From Bacteroidota bacterium (GTDB lineage Bacteria; Bacteroidota; Ignavibacteria; Kapaibacteriales; Kapaibacteriaceae), in the NCBI GenBank assembly GCA_041170435.1, contig JBEAYU010000088.1, positions 143 through 64,142 of the forward strand: DNA of 64,000 nt, written 5' to 3'. Below are positions 36,622 through 45,246 of this stretch, piece by piece. The notes under the pieces are model-generated. The model was not told the origin of the DNA. It ran no database searches and saw only the letters and a program-made list of their open reading frames with translations. Both the position numbers and the translations under genes were made by a program. The number at the start of each line of letters is the position of its first letter. Within the stretch, counting starts at the first letter, position 1.

Positions 36622-37557
36622 TCAATTTTGGGCCCGTTTCCGGAGATAGTTATCCACATGGCATTCAAGGGGCATACAGAGAGTTACGAGTATCGCTCCA
36701 ACAAGAAGATCGATCGCATAGTGGTACCGCAGATAGACGGTTGCCAAGATCAGCCCCGACCCCAGAATGAGAAACACGTATCGCAGGCGACTCCTGTTTC
36801 TGAATGCAAGGATGAGGTTGACCAGCGTCAACATCGTATGACCACTGGGCATGCAGTCTCGATTGACCACAGAGGCGGGGTCCAACGTGCCGGTTACCAC
36901 TCCGCCCCCTATGTTAACGATGCTACGCAGGGCTTCCGTGATCCATATGCCGGGCAGCTCCACACTGGTCGCAGAGAAGTCATGGAGTGTGAACCTCGGT
37001 CCAATGGCCGGCATTGCGAAGTAGAGGAGATATGACAGAAAGAACATGAATGACATCATCCGCGCGAAGTCGATCACTCGCCCAACATCCCCCCGAAACC
37101 ACAGTTCTAACGCGTGTGACACAGGCATCAGGTAGAAAAGGAAATAGCATACCTGTAAGAACTCGGTCAGCGTAGGAAAGGAAAACTGTTGGAGCCAAAC
37201 CGTTGGATCGACGCCGAAGAGCATACGGTCAGCCTGAATAAGGAGATGATCGTATAGTCGCGGATTGACCAACCTGACGAACATGTGCGTCTGGTCGTAC
37301 ATCATGTAGATGGTTGGCACTATATAGAAATACCGAATAAATGTGATAACTGATGACCCCGTAAGACGGACAAGGACGATGGAACCGGCGATCAGCGCCA
37401 TCACCAGGACATTGGTCCAGATCACGGTCACACTTCCATGCACGGATGAATGGAAGACAAAGGAAAGCACGATATAGAGCAGCATCATGAAGGCCGTGTA
37501 TACGTCAGCCGATATCACGTCCTGCCGAATAATTGCGAATACATCACGCATCGTCAT
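36622..37557 (-). CDS. PAP2-superfamily integral membrane protein (Aur1/IPC-synthase-like, PAP2_3)
   Basis: Multi-TM protein with MPSGHTMLT and YLRYHYAIDLLVGA (PAP2 C2/C3 motifs). I chose the start at MTMRDV (ATG 37557), 8 nt after the ksgA stop. Confidence 0.7.
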   Translation of the reverse strand: MTMRDVFAIIRQDVISADVYTAFMMLLYIVLSFVFHSSVHGSVTVIWTNVLVMALIAGSIVLVRLTGSSVITFIRYFYIVPTIYMMYDQTHMFVRLVNPRLYDHLLIQADRMLFGVDPTVWLQQFSFPTLTEFLQVCYFLFYLMPVSHALELWFRGDVGRVIDFARMMSFMFFLSYLLYFAMPAIGPRFTLHDFSATSVELPGIWITEALRSIVNIGGGVVTGTLDPASVVNRDCMPSGHTMLTLVNLILAFRNRSRLRYVFLILGSGLILATVYLRYHYAIDLLVGAILVTLCMPLECHVDNYLRKRAQN

Positions 37558-37565
37558 TCGCTTCG

Positions 37566-38423
37566 TCACGATTCCGCATCCTTTCTTTGATTCAAGCGAA
37601 TATTCTCTGAGAGCTCCTGAAAGATCCTGCCAAGGACTTCCGGTGAACACTCTTCTGCTCGCGTTCGTGACAGTTCGACACCTGCCGCGAGCGAAAAGTT
37701 GCGCAAATCGATGCCCTGCCGGCCTGACCAGCCTGCCAAGGCATTGGTCATCACCTTGCGACGTTGGGAGAACGCAGCACGAACGAACTCCATGAACCCT
37801 TCGACAGGCAGATTCGCAGACGGTCGTTCGTTGAGGTCGAAACGCAAAACCGTCGATGTGACATCCGGCCGTGGGAAGAACGACCCAGGCTTGACGTGGA
37901 ACTGTATACGCGCCCCACCATTAAGCCACGTGGCAACGGACAGAATGCCATAGTCTTTCGAGCCCAGATTGGCCACACAGCGTCGCGCCACCTCTCGCTG
38001 CATCATGATAACCGCCTTTGAGACATCACTCCTCTGCTCGAATAACCAGAACAGCAGGGGGCTTGTTATGGCATATGGAATGTTCCCGATGACGCAGCGG
38101 TGGTCACGTCCAACTTCCGGCAGAAGATCCCGAACCTTGAGAGTGAGTGCATCGGCCCTGATGATATGGACCCGGCCTGACCTGACCCATGGCTGCTGCT
38201 GAAGGTACTGTTCGGCTCGTTCATCAAGCTCGACTCCTATGATTCGTCGAGCAGCAGACTCCGCGAGGTGCGTCGTCAAAGCCCCCTTACCCGGACCTAT
38301 CTCGATGATCGCATCATCGGATTGTATGTCGAGAGCCCCAACAATGGCGCGAGCGGTCGAAACATCTGTCAAGAAGTTCTGGCTGAAGCGCCGTTGCGGA
38401 GCGAATCCCTTTGCCGCGCTCAT
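37566..38423 (-). CDS. rsmA: 16S rRNA (adenine1518/1519-N6)-dimethyltransferase
   Basis: PQRRFSQNFLTD, IEIGPGKGALT and NIPYAITSPLLF. Confidence 0.9.
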   Translation of the reverse strand: MSAAKGFAPQRRFSQNFLTDVSTARAIVGALDIQSDDAIIEIGPGKGALTTHLAESAARRIIGVELDERAEQYLQQQPWVRSGRVHIIRADALTLKVRDLLPEVGRDHRCVIGNIPYAITSPLLFWLFEQRSDVSKAVIMMQREVARRCVANLGSKDYGILSVATWLNGGARIQFHVKPGSFFPRPDVTSTVLRFDLNERPSANLPVEGFMEFVRAAFSQRRKVMTNALAGWSGRQGIDLRNFSLAAGVELSRTRAEECSPEVLGRIFQELSENIRLNQRKDAES

Positions 38424-38923
38424 TGGCCAAACTCGAGCTTGCGGATCTCTTCAGAAACACGTTCCCAAGTGGTCTCTAGCGATTCCGAAAGCACTTTCAC
38501 ATCGCCGATTACAGGCATGAAGTTGGTATCGCCTTGCCAACGAGGCACCACATGAACGTGGCAATGGTCGGGCACACCCGCCCCGGCAGCGCTTCCGAGA
38601 TTCATTCCGACATTCATGCCGTGAGGTTGGTACACGCCCCGAACTGCGCGGATGGCAAGCCGAACGGATTCCATCAGACCGGAATACGAATCGACATCGA
38701 GATCCTCCACAGCATCGACATGCGAGGTTGGCGCAACGAGAAGGTGTCCGGTGGAATACGGATAACGGTTCAACATGATCACCGCATGGCGAGTTCTATG
38801 CACGAGCCCTGCGGCACGGTCGACCTCAGCTACTGCTGAGGCTGCGCACAAAAAACACTGTGACTCTCGACCACCAGGTTTCGTCACGTAGTCTCCTCTC
38901 CATGGTGCCAACAGGTGATCCAT
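38420..38923 (-). CDS. HIT-family protein (Ap4A phosphorylase-like)
   Basis: It has the histidine triad HCHVHVVPRWQGDTNFMPV. It has an ATGA overlap with rsmA. Confidence 0.85.
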   Translation of the reverse strand: MDHLLAPWRGDYVTKPGGRESQCFLCAASAVAEVDRAAGLVHRTRHAVIMLNRYPYSTGHLLVAPTSHVDAVEDLDVDSYSGLMESVRLAIRAVRGVYQPHGMNVGMNLGSAAGAGVPDHCHVHVVPRWQGDTNFMPVIGDVKVLSESLETTWERVSEEIRKLEFGQ

Positions 38924-38961
38924 GTACCCTGCAACTCCTGAATTGCGTATGCTTGAACAGC

Positions 38962-38997
38962 ACGAAAATAGCGATGCCCGCTCAGCGAGCGGGCATC
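38962..38997 (-). terminator. rho-independent terminator of the OstA-like / giant B / beta-barrel unit
   Basis: A 10-bp stem GATGCCCGCT / AGCGGGCATC (38973-38982 / 38988-38997) with a 5-nt loop. On the minus strand it is followed by GCTATTTTCG, and that TATTTTCG may double as a -7 box for the HIT operon. Confidence 0.7.
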
Positions 38998-39028
38998 GTG
39001 AAGTCTGCGGGTGTTACTAAGGGATAGC

Positions 39029-39844
39029 TTACAAGGCAAATCGGATATCGACACCGACCTGAAGAGCGTTGACACGGATGTTGTCTGCATCGCTCAGCTT
39101 CGTGATACCGAAGTTATAGGCGGCACTCGGTACAACCAAGACTCGGCCCACGGCGATCTCGTATTGGACGCCTGCCTTGATGGCGAGGCGCATACCGGCG
39201 CGACCCGGAACCTGGTCACGGGCAGTGATCTGCGTCCTGCCGAAGTTCTCATATTCGACACCGGGCAACTGGTCAAAAGTTGCATTGTCAGGGTCAATAA
39301 TCGTCATGCGTTGCACACGATCAGAGCCAACAACGAATCCTGCGGTGGGACCAACGACCACCCCAAAACTTGAGTTGAAGAGGTTAAGCTTGTAGATGAG
39401 CTCGATGTCGACAGTCGAGTACTGGATGTCAGCAGTGTGCTGAATAGCGCTGCGAAACACCTCACCAGTTTCCGTATTGAGAGATGGCAACGTATCGCCA
39501 CCTTGGTCGAATGCGGCTGGGAACGTGTTGTACACAGCGCGCGCAATGATCGATGACTTGGACTCACGTGGCTTGCCGAGCAAGTACTCGAACGAAAGCC
39601 CCACGTAGTAGCCGTTTTCCGTTCCAGAGGTGAACGTCGGGCACAAGGCGTCTCCTGCAACAGACTGAAAGCTCGACGAATGGTTCGAGCGATTGTATCC
39701 GGCCACTGGACCAAGGTAGACCCTTGGAGAACGCTTGGCCGGCTGCAGCGGTGTGGCACGTGCTCCGATCTCCTGCTGGGCAAACACGGTTGTGGACGTT
39801 GCAAAGAGAAGCGTTGCAAGGAGTGCGTAACCCAACTTTCTCAT
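39029..39844 (-). CDS. outer-membrane beta-barrel protein (OMP_b-brl_2/PorT-like)
   Basis: The signal peptide is MRKLGYALLATLLFATSTTVFAQQ. Alternating amphipathic strands are visible and the C-terminus is VGVDIRFAL. It starts 11 nt after the giant B stop. Confidence 0.65.
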   Translation of the reverse strand: MRKLGYALLATLLFATSTTVFAQQEIGARATPLQPAKRSPRVYLGPVAGYNRSNHSSSFQSVAGDALCPTFTSGTENGYYVGLSFEYLLGKPRESKSSIIARAVYNTFPAAFDQGGDTLPSLNTETGEVFRSAIQHTADIQYSTVDIELIYKLNLFNSSFGVVVGPTAGFVVGSDRVQRMTIIDPDNATFDQLPGVEYENFGRTQITARDQVPGRAGMRLAIKAGVQYEIAVGRVLVVPSAAYNFGITKLSDADNIRVNALQVGVDIRFAL

Positions 39845-39855
39845 ACCCGATTGCC

Positions 39856-42800
39856 TTAGTTGACGATGATGATGTTCGTGACTTCGACCCCTCGTTCAAG
39901 CTTGAAAACCAAGCGATACAGCCCGGATGACCACCTCGAACATGAGAAATTACAATGCTGAAGTCCCTTTTGCAAAGACAAATGTTCGGTCACCAGAATT
40001 TGCTCACCAGAAAGCGATTCTGCCCAGACCGTGCCGCTGGTTTGCTCGGAGCTCTCGATCGCAAGTGTGATTCGGTCTCGAAACGGCTGTCCAAGTGGCT
40101 TGACCATTACTCCAGGTCTCGATCCGATGGTGACCATTCGACGTCGGGATCCGCATGGGTCGACGCCAAAGACAACCTGGTCGGAGATCTGCTCACCGTA
40201 ACACGACGTTGGCTCAAGTATGGCCACGAGAGTGTCCGGATCGGGATCCTTCCAAAGAACTGTGCCGTAGAGCAAACATGAAACAGTCCATGGGCCGGCA
40301 ATGGCTGTCTGACCCCGAATCGTGATCGTGTCGGTGGCTTGCTCGATGAAAACAGGGAACGGTTTCGTTGCTCCACCAACTGTAACAGTGGCGTGACAGG
40401 AATCGAGATCTCCCAAAACGAATCGATAACGGTCCACTGCGACACGAAGGACGATTGGCGATTCGACGGACTGGAAGTCAGCAAGCTCAGCCGTTAAACC
40501 GAGCCATGCTGGACCGGCAACGACGCCCGTACCGTCAACAAATGATGCTGAGACGGATGCAACAGAAGGGACAATCTCGACGACAACGGTGTCCGAATAT
40601 CGAGCACCGGAAGAATCAACGACTGTAAGCACCACCAAGTTCGACGCAAATGCCTCCCACTGATGTATGAAGCCATACTCCCTGGTCTGACCCGGACGAA
40701 GTTCAAACGGACAGTCCGCACTTCCTACATTGACTGCGGCTGCGCCAATTCTCACAATGATCGAGTCGATGCGAGTCGGCGCCATCCCGAGGTTCATGAG
40801 TTTGATACTGACAGGCTCATCACGACAGACTATGACCCTTAGTCGCGTGTCCACACCGATCACAACATCGGCACGTGGTGTTTCAATTGCCCTGCCATAG
40901 AGCCGGAAACGACTGCGCCCAATGCTCCCCACTGGTTCGGCATCATGGTCAATCTCAATGAAGCACTCATGCAGTCCAAGGCGTGAGGGCACAAATGAGA
41001 CCACGTCTTGCAGAATCGAGGGCAAGGGGCGAATGGATCCCACTGCATCGCGTAGGCTGGTCGGAATTTCGAAACTCGACGCATCGGGACCCACGACCCG
41101 AACATCACTGACTAGTAGCGGCGCATTGCCGCCAGAGTAGCCGGTGGCAATCAGGTCCACCAGGGAATCGCGACGGGTAGAAATGACGATTGTCCCGAAA
41201 TCGATGTCCCTTACACCCACGTCGGGCATCACCGCACGACCCCGAAATGCGACCCATACCGGCTCGTGCCGTGGCCAGTCGATGGCGACCGGGATGTCTT
41301 CCAAAAGGGTGTCGCGTGTCATTGGACGAAACGACGCGCGAACAAGAACAGAGTCGAGCGGTTGAAGGCGAGCCCCCTGACCCAGCACTCCTGCGTCGAC
41401 CGACAACCATGGGGAGCTCGTTGTCTCCGACATCGACGCAATACACCAGCCATCACCGGTATTGCGGAGTGTGAAGGTTGTGTCGTTGATCGAGCCAACC
41501 CGCCGATCTCCCCAGTCAATCACAATGGTTCGAACTTCCGGGCGCACACCCCGAGCGCGGCAAACAAGCCATGCAGTTGCACCGGCCGACGTTACGACAG
41601 AGTCGATCCGTTGATGGTCCCCGACAGCCGTGGCAACATGACAAACATCCACCCATAACGTATCTCCCGGGGCGAGCGTCCGCGGAAGATTCAACGCAGC
41701 CGTGTCCAAAGCAAAGCTGGAATCGATGCGAGTGGATATCAACTGTTTGACATCGATCGGCTTGTCTCCAACGTTTATAATGGCCAATCGCCCGCAGACA
41801 GTGTCGCCCAATCGCACGTCTCCGAAGTCGATCGTGTCACCCCGGACATCTGCCGAGATGCGGGTTTTCACGTAGAAGGTCCGAGTCAGGTCGCAGGGCA
41901 GCTCGATATCGATCGATGCTGCCATCGATGTCGTATCGTCCCATTGTGTGGCGCATATCGTCACGATCACAGAATCACGCGGAGGGATCGTATATGGTCG
42001 TGCAGGATCCGTCACGACAATCCGCTGATTCCCTCGCCGGGTAAGTGCCTTGATCTCAACCGCAGTCGAATCCCGATTGTAGATCACAACCTTTGCACAT
42101 TGTTCAATACCGCGTCGAGCCTCGATCACAACGTCGCGTTGAACATCTATAAGCGGCGCGTCATATCGATAGAGCCACTCCTTTCCATTGCCACGATCGT
42201 CGTAGGAATGGATCACCAGCTGTGCGTCTCGCCACTTGTCACGCACTGTGGCCGAGAACTCGATTGTTCCGGCAGAATCGATCGGGTCCGAAAGCGTCCA
42301 CATGTAGTTGAATGTCTGAACGGGAACGACCGTCACATTTTTCAGACGCGCCGTATCGATTGACGTATCGCGAACCATTCCGGTAACTGTTCCACAATCG
42401 ATGCGCGAAGTGAAGAGAGGGGGCGAAACATCCGGCTTCTTGATGGGTTCGAAGCTGATACCGACCAGATTCGCATATGAGTCATTCCGCGACGTGCCGT
42501 ACATGACCGCACTGAACGACCCGCTGTCGCAGGAAATCAGATGAGTTCCCTGCTGCATGCTGACATTGGCCCAATGGATGTTAGTGCCAGGAACGATTTG
42601 GCTCGACAAGATCGGCACCATTGATGTGGCCGGCCGACCGTCGATCCTCAATGATGCGAGGGCATCTCTGGTAGCTACAAGATTGATGAAATGGGGAAAG
42701 ATCTGGGTGCGATCGGAGGTGTCCACCTCCAACGTCGGAAAGCGAAAGAGTGCCTCGTCAACATACTGCTCAACGGCAGGCACGATCACCATGGCTGGGT

Positions 42801-43854
42801 CATAGTTGACCTGACTGCCCACCTGACTCGGCATGAGTTGGACCAAAAAGAACGGATCGGCCGACGACCACGAGGCTGGTTCCGTCAGTGCCGTGTCGAT
42901 CCAGCTTCCAACACCAGGTAACGTGAAAGTGCGGCGCCCCATGTCGGTCAACAGCGTTATCGTCTGGTTTGGGAGCGACGACATGATCCGGTACACATCC
43001 GGGCGTGTTGTTATGGCAAACGGAGCCGTGACGTAGCTGCGACCCCACTTCGAGACCGGCGTGAGCTGCTCAACAAGGTGATCCTTAGTCGAGAGCGAAT
43101 CAAGGGGCACGCTCGTGCGCATGTGACCAGAGATCACCGCCACCGGTCTTGTGGAGGAGATCGACGAACCGGTGAGATCGTCGCGCCCGATTCGTGTCGG
43201 CCGCGCCTGCACCAGATAACAGTCGCCCTTATTTAGTGTGACGGTAAAGGGCGTTAGGGCGGCGATTCCCATTCGAAGCGTCGTAGCTGCAGGAGTTATC
43301 GTGACGTCAGTACCGTCCTCAACCGCCATAACCATGAACTCCCCTACCCGCGGGATCCTGGATGTCGGATTGCGCCTGCTGTACGCGTAGTGGTCAGTTG
43401 GGCGATTGATACTGTAGTACTGGGTGCCGAGATGCCGGATAGGTATGGCTGCGTATGAGTCGGTTGATCGCATCAGCGTGTTGAGCGCATACACCACAAT
43501 GGGGGCGTCCGACGTGATGAAGACCGATTTTTGTTCTATAGTTTCTGACGCACTGTTGGCATGTATTGGCGAGAGGGTCTCAACATGTACGGTGTTTGGG
43601 CGGACCGTAACGGTCTTTCGGCCTGTTTGTGCAGACTCAATAAGGACGTTCGCATCGTAGCGGGAAGAGATGAAGATCTGCAACCGCGGATCCACACCGA
43701 TCTCCAGGATCTCGTTCTGCATGAAGCCTACAACGAAGGACGTTCCCTCAAGCGATGATGTGCTACGCCGCGGCAATACCCTCTCGATCTGAGCCCGCAG
43801 CGGCAGGTCTGTCAGAAGAAGAAGAGCCAGGAGTATCGTTTTGCATGCATTCAC
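39856..43854 (-). CDS. giant secreted surface protein B (IgGFc-binding-like head, Ig-like repeats, T9SS C-terminal domain)
   Basis: It has a GTG start and the signal peptide (M)NACKTILLALLLLTDLPLRAQ. The head is paralogous to protein A. Repeats look like IDFGDVRLGDTVCGRLAIINVGDKPI. The C-terminus is GLYRLVFKLERGVEVTNIIIVN. Confidence 0.85.
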   Translation of the reverse strand: MNACKTILLALLLLTDLPLRAQIERVLPRRSTSSLEGTSFVVGFMQNEILEIGVDPRLQIFISSRYDANVLIESAQTGRKTVTVRPNTVHVETLSPIHANSASETIEQKSVFITSDAPIVVYALNTLMRSTDSYAAIPIRHLGTQYYSINRPTDHYAYSRRNPTSRIPRVGEFMVMAVEDGTDVTITPAATTLRMGIAALTPFTVTLNKGDCYLVQARPTRIGRDDLTGSSISSTRPVAVISGHMRTSVPLDSLSTKDHLVEQLTPVSKWGRSYVTAPFAITTRPDVYRIMSSLPNQTITLLTDMGRRTFTLPGVGSWIDTALTEPASWSSADPFFLVQLMPSQVGSQVNYDPAMVIVPAVEQYVDEALFRFPTLEVDTSDRTQIFPHFINLVATRDALASLRIDGRPATSMVPILSSQIVPGTNIHWANVSMQQGTHLISCDSGSFSAVMYGTSRNDSYANLVGISFEPIKKPDVSPPLFTSRIDCGTVTGMVRDTSIDTARLKNVTVVPVQTFNYMWTLSDPIDSAGTIEFSATVRDKWRDAQLVIHSYDDRGNGKEWLYRYDAPLIDVQRDVVIEARRGIEQCAKVVIYNRDSTAVEIKALTRRGNQRIVVTDPARPYTIPPRDSVIVTICATQWDDTTSMAASIDIELPCDLTRTFYVKTRISADVRGDTIDFGDVRLGDTVCGRLAIINVGDKPIDVKQLISTRIDSSFALDTAALNLPRTLAPGDTLWVDVCHVATAVGDHQRIDSVVTSAGATAWLVCRARGVRPEVRTIVIDWGDRRVGSINDTTFTLRNTGDGWCIASMSETTSSPWLSVDAGVLGQGARLQPLDSVLVRASFRPMTRDTLLEDIPVAIDWPRHEPVWVAFRGRAVMPDVGVRDIDFGTIVISTRRDSLVDLIATGYSGGNAPLLVSDVRVVGPDASSFEIPTSLRDAVGSIRPLPSILQDVVSFVPSRLGLHECFIEIDHDAEPVGSIGRSRFRLYGRAIETPRADVVIGVDTRLRVIVCRDEPVSIKLMNLGMAPTRIDSIIVRIGAAAVNVGSADCPFELRPGQTREYGFIHQWEAFASNLVVLTVVDSSGARYSDTVVVEIVPSVASVSASFVDGTGVVAGPAWLGLTAELADFQSVESPIVLRVAVDRYRFVLGDLDSCHATVTVGGATKPFPVFIEQATDTITIRGQTAIAGPWTVSCLLYGTVLWKDPDPDTLVAILEPTSCYGEQISDQVVFGVDPCGSRRRMVTIGSRPGVMVKPLGQPFRDRITLAIESSEQTSGTVWAESLSGEQILVTEHLSLQKGLQHCNFSCSRWSSGLYRLVFKLERGVEVTNIIIVN

Positions 43855-43883
43855 ATCGGAGACATGTTACGACAAACCGGAGG

Positions 43884-45167
43884 CTATCGCAACAAAGAGC
43901 TTCGACGGGGAACAGGTTCAGAAACGGGTCGGCCGCCCGGAGCACGAAATCCCGGCAGGATAAAGTCTGATTCTCTACCAGCAACCAAGCGTTCAGGGTG
44001 GTGCTCACCGCTGACACCCCCGATCCACAGTACATCGGTGATGCCGCTTGGGATGATCCTGGCATCGATGGAGTCGGATGCGACCTTGGCAAGCCCCATG
44101 CGCTGTCCGGACTCCTGACGATACGTCACGCTCTGAGCATCGCCCGCAGCCGTCAGCAGTTTCACTGAATCGTCCTGGGAGGTGATGGTGATGCGTTTGC
44201 CAACAATCTGATCAAACCGCTCGGGCAGTAGCGTGTCGGAGCGTGATAGAAGGATCGCTTCACCATCGCCGGTGATGGTTCGCAGCCGGCCTTCATCGGT
44301 GCGTGCTTTGATCGCCGAGGCGATGAGTACAGACGAGTCTGACCAGACCACCGGTGCGTCGCTTAGGTCAATGATACTGTCTTGATCTGAGTACACCAGC
44401 CTTCCGCAAACTGCCGCAGCCTGACCACGGACAAGCCGGACATTGCCCTGCGCCGTCATTCGCCGGCCAGCCTCCGGTTGTGATTCGGACAACATCTGAT
44501 CGGAAGAAATGAACACGGTGTCGGAGATACCGGCCGAGTCTGCATCCCATGACCAGGCCTTTGATGAGCCATATAGCGAGAGCTCTCCCCGCCCCGGCTG
44601 ACGTCGCGCAAGATCAGCACTGAACCAGGAGCGCCGTACCGAGTCCTGAATGAGCACATTGCCCATGGCACGCATCGTATCGATGGTGCGATCATGGAAA
44701 AGGGAATCACACCATATCCGCACCGTATCGTCGACTGCGTGCACGTTCTGCTGAAATGTCGAGATCCGACGGCGCAGGTCATATCGGCCACTGCGCGACG
44801 TGATCACGCGCCGGCCCTGATCGACGCGTATCCCCCGCGGCGCTTGCGCCACCGACGAGCGCCCGTCATATCTGACCACGGGTGCGGTGATCGTCAGGTC
44901 AACCTGGCGAATGACCACCGAGCCGGTCAGCTCCACCGTATTCTTTACCACATCATGGACCGCCCTGTCGCATCGACCTGTCACGTTTCCTTGCGAAAAA
45001 CGCACATTACCCTGGAACGTACGAACGGCTGCATCAACGTCTCCCGACCCAATCAACGAGTCGGCATGCTCAAGAACGATCGGGATCTCGGGTCCGACGT
45101 CGTCCTGGGCCCGCAACCGTCCAACGCAGAGAAGGAGCACAATTGAAGTGAACAGAACAGCTTTCAT
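43884..45167 (-). CDS. OstA/LptA-like periplasmic protein (several OstA-like repeats)
   Basis: 427 aa from MKAVLFTSIVLLLCVGRLRAQ (ATG 45167). It has repeated QGNVRxxxG...A blocks (FQGNVRFSQGNVTGRCDRAV, AQGNVRLVRGQAAAVCGRLV). The 209-aa upstream extension in the ORF track is antisense to hflX and is rejected. Confidence 0.7.
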   Translation of the reverse strand: MKAVLFTSIVLLLCVGRLRAQDDVGPEIPIVLEHADSLIGSGDVDAAVRTFQGNVRFSQGNVTGRCDRAVHDVVKNTVELTGSVVIRQVDLTITAPVVRYDGRSSVAQAPRGIRVDQGRRVITSRSGRYDLRRRISTFQQNVHAVDDTVRIWCDSLFHDRTIDTMRAMGNVLIQDSVRRSWFSADLARRQPGRGELSLYGSSKAWSWDADSAGISDTVFISSDQMLSESQPEAGRRMTAQGNVRLVRGQAAAVCGRLVYSDQDSIIDLSDAPVVWSDSSVLIASAIKARTDEGRLRTITGDGEAILLSRSDTLLPERFDQIVGKRITITSQDDSVKLLTAAGDAQSVTYRQESGQRMGLAKVASDSIDARIIPSGITDVLWIGGVSGEHHPERLVAGRESDFILPGFRAPGGRPVSEPVPRRSSLLR

Positions 45168-45173
45168 ACCGAC

Positions 45174-45181
45174 CAAATCTA
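45174..45181 (-). promoter_or_regulatory. candidate -7 box (minus-strand GCGTAGATTTG) 6 nt from the ATG
   Basis: Plus-strand caaatcta. The minus strand reads CGTAGATTTG-GTCGGT-ATG. Confidence 0.45.
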
Positions 45182-45212
45182 CGCCACATGCAAGGAAGCG
45201 CGTTGCGAGCCG

Positions 45213-45220
45213 TAGCTTTG
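45213..45220 (+). promoter_or_regulatory. candidate -7 box (CCGTAGCTTTG)
   Basis: It matches TAnnTTTG, 26 nt upstream of the proposed hflX GTG. Confidence 0.4.
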
Positions 45221-45246
45221 CGTCGTCGAATCCACAACGAGGTACC

